IMG/VR virus record: IMGVR_UViG_3300042258_000341
Coordinates: 96,001-160,000 of that record
Origin: a virus
Lineage: Duplodnaviria > Caudoviricetes
Strand: one strand, 5' to 3'
Length of the DNA: 64,000 nt
A program made the translations under genes and the position numbers. Positions 8,516 to 18,202 of this stretch are shown one piece after another (position 1 is the stretch's first letter; every line of letters begins with the position of its first letter). A model generated the notes under the pieces. That model was not told where the DNA came from. It worked only from the letters and a program-made list of their open reading frames with translations, and searched no databases.

Positions 8516-9583
8516 TCATTTATTCAAATATTCCGTAACAATATCGAAAACTTCTTTTTGTAAGTTTAATTTCTGCAAATAAGCCATAGGATTTTCGGTA
8601 AAGAAAACATCATCTTTCGAGGATATTTGTTGTCGTAAGCCTTGTATGAATTGTTGAATTTCTTTGGATTTTTCAAGTTGAGTTTGTAACGAATCCAGTT
8701 GAAAGATATCCAATCCATTTTTAATTCCCGGGATTGGTTTGTAATACATATTCAAAGCCAGTCCATCGGGAGTGTCTTCTATTTCGGTTACAGAATAGGC
8801 GGGGATATGTTGTTTTTCAAGAACTTCTGTTTGGTTGAAATAGTCTTTTATGACCCTTCCTATACTCCACGGCTTAGATATGGTTACATTTCTTACAGGG
8901 TCTTGCCACGGGGCAAAAGAAGCATGAATATGCCCCATAAAAAGGAAAGAGTTCTTCGGGAACATTTCGGAAAGTTCCTGATAAGAAAAAGATTCCCAAA
9001 GCGTAACCTGTAATTTATTCGGAGTTGCATCTACATGGATCATAAACCCGTAAAGGATTCTTCCACATTCTTTTAATTCCGGCTCTAATTTCTGTAAATA
9101 ATTTGCAACAACGTCTTTGAAGTTGGACATAGGGATATAAGGGATTCCAACCAAAACAAAAGTGTCGAAATTATTTCCGGAAAGAGGTATTTTTGCGTAT
9201 TGAAAAGAAATATCAACTATTATGTTAGGTAATAGTCCGGTAAGAGAAGTGTAAGGGCTGTCCTTGATGTTTGCAATTGCAGATTTCGGAAGATCGTGGT
9301 TGCCCGGAATTGAATAAAACTGCGGGAAATCTTTTAACAGTTCCCGGTAATGATTTAAATCTTTCGGGGAATAGGCAGATTGATTCTTAAGATGGAATAA
9401 ATCCCCGGTGAAAAGAATTAAATCGGGATTTTCTTCTTTCAAAGCTTCCCTTAAAGAACTCAGCTCTTGTGCAACATCGGCATGATACATTTCAGTCCGG
9501 GATTGTGGAATGTGCCCTAAAGGGGATAAATGTATATCCGAGAAATGGCAAATTTTCATTTCTTTTCCGCTTTCTTTGCACAC
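8516..9583 (-). CDS. Mre11/SbcD-like metallophosphoesterase nuclease
   Basis: SDIH, GDLFH, GNHD and GHIH motifs; adjacent to SbcC-like ATPase; probable start at MKICHFSD. Confidence 0.88.
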   Translation of the reverse strand: MCKESGKEMKICHFSDIHLSPLGHIPQSRTEMYHADVAQELSSLREALKEENPDLILFTGDLFHLKNQSAYSPKDLNHYRELLKDFPQFYSIPGNHDLPKSAIANIKDSPYTSLTGLLPNIIVDISFQYAKIPLSGNNFDTFVLVGIPYIPMSNFKDVVANYLQKLEPELKECGRILYGFMIHVDATPNKLQVTLWESFSYQELSEMFPKNSFLFMGHIHASFAPWQDPVRNVTISKPWSIGRVIKDYFNQTEVLEKQHIPAYSVTEIEDTPDGLALNMYYKPIPGIKNGLDIFQLDSLQTQLEKSKEIQQFIQGLRQQISSKDDVFFTENPMAYLQKLNLQKEVFDIVTEYLNK

Positions 9584-9705
9584 TCTTTACACCCTATTAA
9601 ATGACTTACCGGAACATCAACATGCTTATTCGGGATTAAATGTTTTTCTTCGTGTTCCGGGATGTATCTTTGACAAAACATGCATTTAGTTTCTTTTTCC
9701 ATACT

Positions 9706-11013
9706 TTATTTCTCCTTACAAATTTCTTGTTCGCAAACAGGGCAGACCCCTAAAGATGTGAAAATAGCTGGTTTTAAAGAAGACAGTCCTTCCACTTTAT
9801 TTTTACAATCGGAAGTCTTTTTCGACAATTCGACAACTTCATCTTGTAACTTCGGGAGGATTAAAACATCCTTCTTGCACCCGACAACAGTCTCCACAAT
9901 ACGGTGTAGTTCTGTAAAATAAACATTAAGACTCTTTTTCAAAGATAACAAATCTGAATTGTTTTTATGTTTCTGCAGCACCTGACTATGTTGTCGAATA
10001 TCTTTTACAGAAACCAGATTGTTTAGTATCTGTTCTACCGACTGTAAAATAATTCTTTTGGGGACAAGATAGTTGTTCCCGGAAAGAACTTCTTCTTTTT
10101 TATTCTGGAGGTTAGATAGTTCTTTCTGAGCTACGGAAAGAGCATAAACCTTTTCTTGTAAAGAGAATAAAAGGTCTCGGATATGATTTTGAGCTTTTAC
10201 CTTTATTTTTTCTTTTTCGATAAGGTCTTTTTTTAATTCCAGCCCCTGTAATCGAGCTATATCTACACCCACATCAAGAATGTCTGTTTGCAGTTTTTCC
10301 GTGTCTTTAATTGCTACAGAAAGAATATCTATTTTAAGATTTAAATCTTTAACTTTATCTTCGAGCGTAGTTGCTTCTAAGTAATCGCTTTTCAACTCTT
10401 CTTCCTGATTACTCACAGCTTTAGATATTCGGATATCATCTGTTTTCATTTCCCGTAAAGCTTTTTCGAAACGAGAGATATCAAAAACTTTGTTGATAAA
10501 TGAAGTTATTTCCGTATCTGTGGAAGTGATCAGAAATAAAGGGTCTAATTGGGACTGAAAATTAAGATTAAAAACATCATCTCTTTCTGTAATTACCGGA
10601 GATAAGTTTAAATCTTCAAATTTTTCAGGGACATTTTTACCCACTTTCGGATATTTTACGGTATCCCCGGAAAAAGAAATTAAAGTGTACTCGTTTGCTG
10701 GTTTTTTTACCGAAATTTCAGCTATATCCATGTCCGGAAGAACTGTGTTCAAATACCCGGTTCTTTCAGGGATAGAAAAAGTAACTTCTGTTTCTTTTTC
10801 ATCCAGCGTAGTAAATCCTGCGTTCCACTCATTCAAAAGAACTGTCCGTAAGGAACGCAGGATTGCTGATTTTCCACGATTACTTTTACCTACAAGAGCG
10901 GTAAACCCTTTTATCGGAAGAGTAAGGTTTTTTATACTTTGAAAATTCTTAACTTTCAGTTCGTAACTCATTGTTCTTGCTTTCTTATTGATTGTCAAAA
11001 GGACTGTTGCCAT
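9706..11013 (-). CDS. Rad50/SbcC-like ATPase, N-terminal half only
   Basis: VKNFQS, GKSNRGKS Walker A, Q-loop (FQSQ), coiled coil, ends at a CPVC zinc hook; no signature motif or Walker B. Confidence 0.82.
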   Translation of the reverse strand: MATVLLTINKKARTMSYELKVKNFQSIKNLTLPIKGFTALVGKSNRGKSAILRSLRTVLLNEWNAGFTTLDEKETEVTFSIPERTGYLNTVLPDMDIAEISVKKPANEYTLISFSGDTVKYPKVGKNVPEKFEDLNLSPVITERDDVFNLNFQSQLDPLFLITSTDTEITSFINKVFDISRFEKALREMKTDDIRISKAVSNQEEELKSDYLEATTLEDKVKDLNLKIDILSVAIKDTEKLQTDILDVGVDIARLQGLELKKDLIEKEKIKVKAQNHIRDLLFSLQEKVYALSVAQKELSNLQNKKEEVLSGNNYLVPKRIILQSVEQILNNLVSVKDIRQHSQVLQKHKNNSDLLSLKKSLNVYFTELHRIVETVVGCKKDVLILPKLQDEVVELSKKTSDCKNKVEGLSSLKPAIFTSLGVCPVCEQEICKEK

Positions 11014-11275
11014 TTCCTACGGGGAAGGCATTAACAAGAAAACCTTTCCCATCTCCTAACGCCGTTAAAGGGATATCTGTAATTACAATATTGAACTTTA
11101 ACTGTTTTAGAATTTCAGGATCGACCCCGTTAGGCAAGGATTTTGTATCTATATACATCATCCCGTATTGTCTCCAGCCATTTTTATCGTTTCCATATTT
11201 GTCTTTGTAAGTCGAAACAGCCATTTTCAAAACAAAAGGCATGTCTTTTTTTTTCGAAGAATTGTCTCTTACCAC
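10985..11275 (-). CDS. hypothetical protein
   Basis: 96-aa collinear ORF. Confidence 0.55.
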   Translation of the reverse strand: MVRDNSSKKKDMPFVLKMAVSTYKDKYGNDKNGWRQYGMMYIDTKSLPNGVDPEILKQLKFNIVITDIPLTALGDGKGFLVNAFPVGNGNSPFDNQ

Positions 11276-11493
11276 AAATATTTCCTTTCTTTACACAATA
11301 ACCGCAAAGACAAGCAACCATGTAGGAACTGTCTGCCCGGAAAGGAAAAGAAGCCCGATTACCGACCACAAGGCAATGTTCATGCCTATAGAAATTTGAA
11401 CCGATTTGTTTTTGAAGTAAATTTGTGTAAGCATTTTTTAATATCCTTTCTTTATGTATATACTAGGTTGCCGGAAAAATTACCGAAAATTAT

Positions 11494-11703
11494 TCAGAAA
11501 ACAAATGCGCCCCATTTTTGCCATTTCGGGCAGGAATCATTTGCATCTCTCGTTACAGAAAGAATTGTTTCAAGGTGGCATCTACCTCTTGAAGATTGCA
11601 TATAGAGGATTTCCATTCTGTTTTCACAGAGTTTTCTATCCCCAGACCAGTGTTGGCATGTGCAGCATACCGGGCTGGTACTTCCTGTTTTCATCTGTCC
11701 CAT
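11494..11703 (-). CDS. small Cys-rich hypothetical protein
   Basis: CCTCQHW..C..CPKW pattern. Confidence 0.55.
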   Translation of the reverse strand: MGQMKTGSTSPVCCTCQHWSGDRKLCENRMEILYMQSSRGRCHLETILSVTRDANDSCPKWQKWGAFVF

Positions 11704-11708
11704 ACAAT

Positions 11709-11897
11709 TTACTCTCCTTTTCGCATTAAACTTAATTTAAGATTCAATCGGATTAAATCCGTTGTTTCTTTCTTTTCTTTCACCACAGACATAAAGTATG
11801 CTGTAAATACTTTATAAATCTCTTCTACATCTTGCCCATTTAGAGCAATCCCTATCGATTCAAGAATCTTAATTTCTTTTTCGGAAAAAGTTGGCAT
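11709..11897 (-). CDS. hypothetical protein
   Basis: 62-aa collinear ORF. Confidence 0.55.
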   Translation of the reverse strand: MPTFSEKEIKILESIGIALNGQDVEEIYKVFTAYFMSVVKEKKETTDLIRLNLKLSLMRKGE

Positions 11898-11910
11898 ACG
11901 GAGCCTTTCT

Positions 11911-12492
11911 TTATTTTATTTTTATATCAAGATTGTCGTATTGTTGTTGTGATTCCACTTTCACCCGCTGTCCGATCAACCCAAAACTGTTTTTGATTGC
12001 CCTTATCGCTTCCGGGTCTTTTGAAATTTCTGTAGAACAAGTTATTACAAAACGTCCTTTTACAAATTCATCATTTTGCAACCAAACCCTACCCCGTTCA
12101 ATCTCATTGTATTTCACATTTAAAATTTCGGGGATTTCATCTTTGTATTGCTCTTGTAAAGTTTTAAAGGTTTGGTTGTGTTCTTGAGAAACACATATGA
12201 AACTATCCGGCTCACAGTTTTCAGGAAGGTCTTCATATTTCAAAACTCTTCCTGCGACATACCACCATACCCCTACAGTTGGAGTTCCAGCGATTTTTTC
12301 ACATATTGCAATATGTGAATATTCAGCAGAAGAGCCATGTTCTTTTATTTTTGTATTTATGATTTTTTCGATATTTTTCACTTGTAACACTCTCCTTTTA
12401 TTCCAGAGTTTTGCAAGCGTAGTAATCTTTTGTGAAGGGGTCAAACCAGATACCGTCCGGCAGGACATGCCCTGAACCACTTCGAATATCAA
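11911..12492 (-). CDS. hypothetical protein
   Basis: 193-aa ORF with VGVWWY and ERGRV motifs. Confidence 0.65.
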   Translation of the reverse strand: MIFEVVQGMSCRTVSGLTPSQKITTLAKLWNKRRVLQVKNIEKIINTKIKEHGSSAEYSHIAICEKIAGTPTVGVWWYVAGRVLKYEDLPENCEPDSFICVSQEHNQTFKTLQEQYKDEIPEILNVKYNEIERGRVWLQNDEFVKGRFVITCSTEISKDPEAIRAIKNSFGLIGQRVKVESQQQYDNLDIKIK

Positions 12493-12650
12493 AGCCCCCA
12501 GCCAAGGCGAGAGCTGTTTGGCAAAACATAGCTGGGACTCGGATCATTCTTTCATCAGGATGTCTTGAACCATCTTCGGAACGGTTAAGGTTTTCCCACA
12601 TAATCATGTTGGCGGTCTTTTCCATTTTTGAAACTCTCCTTTTTTTATTG

Positions 12651-12673
12651 TCTTATTTATATATAGTAAAAAA
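12651..12673 (-). promoter_or_regulatory. class I motif TTTTTACTATATATAAATAAGA (copy 1)
   Basis: near-identical ~22-mer found in four intergenic regions. Confidence 0.7.
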
Positions 12674-12701
12674 GGAAAAGAAATTTAACAGAAAATTAAA
12701 A

Positions 12702-13238
12702 TTATTTTCGCCCTCTTTTTTGCAACTCTGTAAAAAGACTATCAGGGAATGGATGTAATTTATTTTGCGGGACAATAATTGTTTGATTTTCATCCAAAGG
12801 CTTTAAGTATTTTCGTTCAGCATTTAAAGCTTCCAGTTGGCTACACCAGCCAACAATATTAAAAGTCGGGAAATTGCCTGTAGATAAAACATAAATATCC
12901 GCATCATAAACTTTATGAAATTCCAGCAATAAACTCCCGTTTTCTCTCGAAGACCATTTAGATTCTATTTTATACTTACAGAAAGTTCCGTCTAAATTAG
13001 GGAACACAGCCTCCAAATCGTATCCCCTGTTCCCTGAAGTTAAAGTCCAATCGAAAGAACAATTTAAAAGCCAAGAAACAGCATATTCCGCCCCGAACCC
13101 GTTGTAATGTGTATCTTTTTCCGAAAGATTCCCGAACTTTTTCCGAGCCGTTTTTTCACTTCTTCGGGCAAAATACATCTTTTCGCAAAAAAGAGGGATC
13201 ATTTCTTGGACAAAAGGAGGGAGAGTCACAGTTATCAT
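12702..13238 (-). CDS. putative PD-(D/E)XK-fold protein
   Basis: GAEYAV..GYDL..IESKW pattern. Confidence 0.45.
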   Translation of the reverse strand: MITVTLPPFVQEMIPLFCEKMYFARRSEKTARKKFGNLSEKDTHYNGFGAEYAVSWLLNCSFDWTLTSGNRGYDLEAVFPNLDGTFCKYKIESKWSSRENGSLLLEFHKVYDADIYVLSTGNFPTFNIVGWCSQLEALNAERKYLKPLDENQTIIVPQNKLHPFPDSLFTELQKRGRK

Positions 13239-14204
13239 TTATTGCCCTCTCTCTTTTGGATACGGGAAGATTGTGTTTTTCTGTAAAAAAAGACTTCGTA
13301 ACTTCTTTGTCTCGGAAGGAGTTTTACCTAAAACATAACAATATTTGTGTTTTGCCGGAGTTTTTCTTTTTTTACAAGAATCTTTATGCTCTTGTCGTCG
13401 TTGTTTTAATTTTTTTGCAATGTCTTCAGGAATCTTTTTCCAATCTACTTTTCGATAAGATTTTGCCACTTTATACCATTCCGGTTGCCAGACAATTCCA
13501 AGTTCTTTTGCATATCGAATAATTTGACTACGATCATTAAAGCCAGTATCTCCGAACCAGCCTCTTTTTTTATTGTTAGGGTCAAGGTATTGCCAAGAAT
13601 TTCCGAATTTTTGTCCGAGATAATAAAAATTACAGGCTTGATATATTGTCCCGAGTTCTTTAGCTTCAGGGTCTGAATACGCTGTGAAAATACGGAATTC
13701 TGTATTCTTTACCATCCATCTAATAGCTTGCATTGTCAGCCAAGAGCCTAAGTTTTTAGGAGACCACGAGATACAAGCCCCCCTTGCGATGAGTTTTTCA
13801 ACATCCCGATATTCTTCTCCTAAAAGATGAGAGAAAGCATTGGGAGTTGCCATTATACAAACTCCCGCAAGAATATTATTCTTTTTAAGCCTTACTGTAA
13901 AACGATGGGTTAACCATATCGGCATTTTCCCCAACCATTCATGCTTTTCGATAAACGAAACGATTTCTCGACAAGTTTTTTTATCTTCCGCCGGGACATA
14001 TTCGAATTTAAAATCGGAAGTTTTCAAATTCTTTATTTCTTCATGAGTTAATCCTGAGCTTAAAACATCCCCGGATTTATTTTGTTGTCGAATTTCGTAT
14101 TGCCAACAATGCTCTTTATCATACTCTGCAAACCTGTCGTGAACATTTTCCACAACCGGATCAGCAATATCGAATAAAGAAGGGAGTCGTAATTGTTTTA
14201 TCAT
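13239..14204 (-). CDS. Mom-like GNAT acyltransferase (putative DNA adenine modification)
   Basis: FIEKHEWLG, RGACISWSPKNLGSW, AYSDP..GTIYQACNFYYLG and C-terminal KHKY motifs typical of Mu Mom relatives. Confidence 0.75.
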   Translation of the reverse strand: MIKQLRLPSLFDIADPVVENVHDRFAEYDKEHCWQYEIRQQNKSGDVLSSGLTHEEIKNLKTSDFKFEYVPAEDKKTCREIVSFIEKHEWLGKMPIWLTHRFTVRLKKNNILAGVCIMATPNAFSHLLGEEYRDVEKLIARGACISWSPKNLGSWLTMQAIRWMVKNTEFRIFTAYSDPEAKELGTIYQACNFYYLGQKFGNSWQYLDPNNKKRGWFGDTGFNDRSQIIRYAKELGIVWQPEWYKVAKSYRKVDWKKIPEDIAKKLKQRRQEHKDSCKKRKTPAKHKYCYVLGKTPSETKKLRSLFLQKNTIFPYPKERGQ

Positions 14205-14555
14205 TTACCACAAATCTTCACTTGTTAAAATATAAGCTTCGGTTTCAATTATTTGTCCTGTTTTCTTGGCAAGAATTAAAGCTTCGTTTCTGTCCAAGAA
14301 ATTTCCTTTACTTGTCAAGAAACCTTCGGTGCAGATCGAAAGATTAGCACGTCCTTTTTGAAGTTCGTAAAGAATTCCGAAGCAATTATGATGTCTATGT
14401 CCACAAACACAAATGCCGGTTTCTTTATTCCGGGGGAGGCATCTGGGGTCTTTGGGCTTTAATCCTGTTTCATACCAGATAGCGGAACAAAGAATGTATT
14501 CCTGATTTAAATCAAATTTTGTAGATGTTGTTTTCATATTATTCCACCTCGTCAT
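14205..14555 (-). CDS. conserved phage hypothetical protein
   Basis: ILCSAIW, GHRH, GFLTSKGNFLDR.EA and LTSEDLW motifs. Confidence 0.7.
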   Translation of the reverse strand: MTRWNNMKTTSTKFDLNQEYILCSAIWYETGLKPKDPRCLPRNKETGICVCGHRHHNCFGILYELQKGRANLSICTEGFLTSKGNFLDRNEALILAKKTGQIIETEAYILTSEDLW

Positions 14556-14979
14556 GAATATTTCCGAGAATTTTTACCCCCAGAATAACTTGATCGTCTT
14601 TGGGAGTTTGAGAGTATTCATCTAAATAAGCATAATGATCATTACCTTCTTCGTATCTGAAATTTTTAAACTTCAGATAAAATCCGGCGGTTGTTTTATC
14701 CCAAGCAATGATAACGGTTTCTTCCGGGTTTACACAATGCTGGAAGAAATCCCCTTCAAAAACCATATTACCTTCTAAATCAAGAAACCCGGTGAACATG
14801 CAAACTGTTTCAGGCTTAACTTCCCAAGCAGTGACATATATCTGCTGAGGTCTGTGTAAATTCTGACAACATCCTGTAACAATAAAACGGGAAACAGGAG
14901 TTTCCAGCAACTGCCCTACAACCCATTCATTATTGTCCTTACGTTTCCCTTGGAAACAAAACTCACGATACCATCCCAT
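14539..14979 (-). CDS. YopX-family protein
   Basis: FQGKRKDNNEWVVG, ETVCMFTG..D..G..VFEGD, ILGNIHD. Confidence 0.85.
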   Translation of the reverse strand: MGWYREFCFQGKRKDNNEWVVGQLLETPVSRFIVTGCCQNLHRPQQIYVTAWEVKPETVCMFTGFLDLEGNMVFEGDFFQHCVNPEETVIIAWDKTTAGFYLKFKNFRYEEGNDHYAYLDEYSQTPKDDQVILGVKILGNIHDEVE

Positions 14980-14983
14980 ATTC

Positions 14984-15532
14984 TTATATTTTCCTTTCTG
15001 CTTGCATCAAATAAGTTCGCACAACCCAAGATTTCTTTATCGGGGAGGGAATAAGGAACTGATCGTGAAAAATATCTGCTTTTTTCAGAGGTTTTACAAT
15101 CCCGGTATAACTGTCGTAAGGGTTCTTTTCAAAAATATCTTCCAGAAAAGAATCGAAAAGTTTTTCTTTTTCCGGATCATTTCCGAAAGCATTTAATACG
15201 CCTGAATATGTTTCCCAATCAATATAATACCCAGCATTTAAAGCGTAATCCCAGATAGTAGAATCGATTGCAACAATGTGTTTTTCCGGGACATCCAACA
15301 CCCACAGCCGTTCTTGTTCGAAATTTTGCACTTTGTTGTTTTTATTTGCACAAATAACCGGGTTGCCGTAGCACCAAATCCAATTGTTCGCTCCAAGTTT
15401 CTTGTAGAGGAAGTCATAGGCTTTTCTAATTTCCTCTGAGTAATCCGCATCGTTGTAAAATTCAGAGAGCTTTAAATCAGTAGCTTCTTTTACAAGATGA
15501 AAATTAAGTGGGTGTTGAGTATAAAGATACAT
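14984..15532 (-). CDS. DUF3841-like hypothetical protein
   Basis: LYTQ, AYDFL, WIWC, LDVP, WDYALN, Q..IKKSWV pattern. Confidence 0.5.
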   Translation of the reverse strand: MYLYTQHPLNFHLVKEATDLKLSEFYNDADYSEEIRKAYDFLYKKLGANNWIWCYGNPVICANKNNKVQNFEQERLWVLDVPEKHIVAIDSTIWDYALNAGYYIDWETYSGVLNAFGNDPEKEKLFDSFLEDIFEKNPYDSYTGIVKPLKKADIFHDQFLIPSPIKKSWVVRTYLMQAERKI

Positions 15533-15537
15533 TTTAT

Positions 15538-15909
15538 TTAATCTTTCAGGTATTTTCCGACATAACTATATACCTTTTTATCGGTCACTTTTTCAAAAGA
15601 AATGTTTTCTTTCTCAGCAACCATATGTCGGAGAGTTTCTAAGAGTTGTGCTTTTGTGGCGGTTTTTTTAACTTCCGGCAATGACTTTAAATGGAGGCAA
15701 TCCAGATGCGATTTCTTCTCTTTCAGGAGCTTACGGAAAATATCACAATTGTCTGCAGGTTTTTTACTGAAAAATCTGGAAGGACAGTCTGGTTTTTCAT
15801 GTGCCACACAAGGCATTTTATCTTCTATCTTTAAATCGTCACAGGTGCAAACTTTTACAAGATTCCCTTCTTTATCGAAACACGAACACTTACTTTTCTT
15901 TATCGACAT
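15538..15909 (-). CDS. Cys-rich hypothetical protein
   Basis: 123-aa collinear ORF. Confidence 0.55.
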   Translation of the reverse strand: MSIKKSKCSCFDKEGNLVKVCTCDDLKIEDKMPCVAHEKPDCPSRFFSKKPADNCDIFRKLLKEKKSHLDCLHLKSLPEVKKTATKAQLLETLRHMVAEKENISFEKVTDKKVYSYVGKYLKD

Positions 15910-16366
15910 CTGTATTTACCTCCGGGAAGCGATTTTCTTCGGAAACATCTTCTGTATGTCCCGGGGAATAACTTGTTTGTATGTAACTTTCTTCTTGATG
16001 AGCATTTGCTATCAATTCCCCTTGAAGTCGGGTAACTTCCGCTTGAAGTGCGTCTATTTTATCCAGAAGCGACTTTTGATCTTCAAAAAACCGATCATTT
16101 TCTTCCAATTCATCTTGCGTTTCCAGAATCAATTTGGCAACAATGAAGTTGTAATTATTTTCATTTTCAAAAAGTTGCCGGATATTATTTCCTAATGCCG
16201 AGGGTTTTTGCACAAGAATCGAATAAAGCTGCATGTTTACAAACATTTCTTCAGAGATAATTCTTTCGTCCAACATTTTTTCAAGGAAAATATTTTTTGC
16301 TTTGTTTATTTCCACTTGGAGATCTTCAGCAGTTAATTCCCAGTATTGTAAATCCATATTTGTCAT
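15890..16366 (-). CDS. hypothetical protein
   Basis: 158-aa collinear ORF with a coiled coil. Confidence 0.6.
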   Translation of the reverse strand: MTNMDLQYWELTAEDLQVEINKAKNIFLEKMLDERIISEEMFVNMQLYSILVQKPSALGNNIRQLFENENNYNFIVAKLILETQDELEENDRFFEDQKSLLDKIDALQAEVTRLQGELIANAHQEESYIQTSYSPGHTEDVSEENRFPEVNTDVDKEK

Positions 16367-16367
16367 T

Positions 16368-16628
16368 TTATATAACCTCCGCCATTTGTAATCTCCAGCC
16401 TAAATCGTAATTTTCTCGAAAAGCTGAGTTTAAATCTTCCACTTGTTGCCAAATTTCTCGCATTTTATCTTCAGTGACTTCTTTATCTGCGTAAACTGTA
16501 ATCCAATACCTCGGTATAGTGTTCACACCTAAATCCCTAATTCTTAAATCCATAGAATCCTGTTTAACATTAAAGTTTGCAACAAACTTTGTAATTTCTC
16601 GGTAATATTGTAAATTGGCAACTTTCAA
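16368..16628 (-). CDS. hypothetical protein
   Basis: 86-aa ORF abutting its neighbours. Confidence 0.55.
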   Translation of the reverse strand: MKVANLQYYREITKFVANFNVKQDSMDLRIRDLGVNTIPRYWITVYADKEVTEDKMREIWQQVEDLNSAFRENYDLGWRLQMAEVI

Positions 16629-16629
16629 C

Positions 16630-17007
16630 TTACGAAGAGTCTTTTTTTTCTTCCTCGAAAACTTCTTTATCTTCTTCCGAAAAGAAACCTCCTTTATTTT
16701 TTAATATTTGCAAATGCTCCCGGAATTTTACAGGGTCATCTGAATTTAATTCAGAATAAGAAGGTTTAAATTTATCTATCAATATTTCAATTTGTCCGAA
16801 AATAACCGGTTTATGTTTTGTTATCCAAATACCGAACAGCCAATGTGGTAATTCTTTTATTCGAAAATGACATATCGCCGCAGAACCCGCATTGAAAATA
16901 AAATAATGACTGTAAAACCGCACATCTGTAACCGTAAAAGGTTTAAGACGAGACAAAAGCTCACAATGTATTTTTTTATTCCGTTTCTTTATGTCCCTTT
17001 GTCTCAT
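16630..17007 (-). CDS. hypothetical protein
   Basis: 125-aa ORF; ATGA overlap with the upstream gene. Confidence 0.6.
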   Translation of the reverse strand: MRQRDIKKRNKKIHCELLSRLKPFTVTDVRFYSHYFIFNAGSAAICHFRIKELPHWLFGIWITKHKPVIFGQIEILIDKFKPSYSELNSDDPVKFREHLQILKNKGGFFSEEDKEVFEEEKKDSS

Positions 17008-17285
17008 TTATTTTTTCTCCATTTCACAATTGCTTTTGCAATTTCGTAAGGTCGATCATTCCGGTATTCGATAGCATGTTCTATTTCTTGGATCAATTCT
17101 TTGTAATGCGCAATAAAGTCTTGTAATTCTTTTATCGAATGTTTCCGTAATTTCTTTTGGTAAGCAATAATTTTTGTGCAAGTCGAGCAATATGCTGTTC
17201 GATAGGACTTTTCCGGGGAGTAATCTTGATAGCATAAGGGACAGTTCTTTACTTTTTTCAATATATATTCTTTTTTTGTTTTCAT
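17004..17285 (-). CDS. hypothetical Zn-finger protein
   Basis: CPLC..CSTC; start placed at MKTKKE, which overlaps the upstream stop. Confidence 0.55.
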   Translation of the reverse strand: MKTKKEYILKKVKNCPLCYQDYSPEKSYRTAYCSTCTKIIAYQKKLRKHSIKELQDFIAHYKELIQEIEHAIEYRNDRPYEIAKAIVKWRKNK

Positions 17286-17632
17286 TTTCTTGCTCTCCAG
17301 AATTTGAATTCCCCGATTTCCCCGCAAGGTTTTATTTTCCCCCCGGCGTAATATCTTTGTCCGTTGTAACATCGCCCTTCAACCCCGTAATGGCAGTTAC
17401 TACATCGCTGAATAGCATTAGCTGTTAAAAGAGCCTTTATTGCTTTTTCCGGGAGTTCTCCTTCCGGGTAAAGAGAGAGAATATAATTTACAAGAATGTT
17501 TTTTTCTCGTATCAGCCGAGCAACCAAAGGATTTTTTATTTTTGTGTAATCCGAAGAATCGAAAAAGTAATTTTCCAAATCTTTTGTGAAATCTTTAGCT
17601 TCATTTTCAGGGGCTATTTCATTTTCTTTCAT
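17282..17632 (-). CDS. hypothetical protein
   Basis: AGGAG RBS, class II promoter upstream, Cys cluster. Confidence 0.6.
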   Translation of the reverse strand: MKENEIAPENEAKDFTKDLENYFFDSSDYTKIKNPLVARLIREKNILVNYILSLYPEGELPEKAIKALLTANAIQRCSNCHYGVEGRCYNGQRYYAGGKIKPCGEIGEFKFWRARK

Positions 17633-17655
17633 ATACTTATTTCTCCTATATTTAA

Positions 17656-17684
17656 GATATACTGCAGAAATAAAATTATTACAG
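17656..17684 (-). promoter_or_regulatory. class II promoter-like motif (CTGTAA-N17-TATATC)
   Basis: recurring motif. Confidence 0.6.
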
Positions 17685-17688
17685 AAAT

Positions 17689-17895
17689 TTATTTTCTTTT
17701 CAGAGCTTTTTTGATCATTTCCAACATGTCTTGATCTGGAGTGTGTGCCTCGAAGAATTCCGCTTCAGCTTTTACCCAAGAGAACAAGGCTTCTAAAGCC
17801 GTTCTTAGGTTTTGATTTTCGAGCTTTAAATCCTTTATTATTTCTGAAGTTTTAATCTTCATACAAGCTTTTTCTTCTTTCAAACAACTAATCAC
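17689..17895 (-). CDS. hypothetical protein
   Basis: short collinear ORF; start uncertain. Confidence 0.45.
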   Translation of the reverse strand: MISCLKEEKACMKIKTSEIIKDLKLENQNLRTALEALFSWVKAEAEFFEAHTPDQDMLEMIKKALKRK

Positions 17896-18190
17896 TGTCT
17901 GCCTGAGTTAAGTCGAAATCTTTTATTTCTGCAATAGGAGTGTATTTGTTGAATTCGACACAGTCTTGACAGTTTTCACACCAGCCAGACATATGTATAC
18001 ATTCTCTGCAGCTTATTTTTTCGAACTTTTTTTCGAATTCTTTTCTTTCTCAGACAAAATGTTCTCCATATTTATTCACATACAAGACAAATGGGAGTTC
18101 CGGCGTACGATTTGAATTTGTAGCATTTCTCACAAAGAAAGAGATTACTTTGTAGATTTGTTGATTCTTTTTATTTCGATACGTCTGCAT
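17888..18190 (-). pseudogene. DUF1653-like gene with an in-frame TGA at codon 47
   Basis: MQTYRNKK..YKV..NATN..VLY..GEHFV*ERKEFEKKF; the frame stays open for 53 more codons after the TGA at 18050-18052. Confidence 0.55.
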
Positions 18191-18202
18191 TTTTAATATT
18201 TC

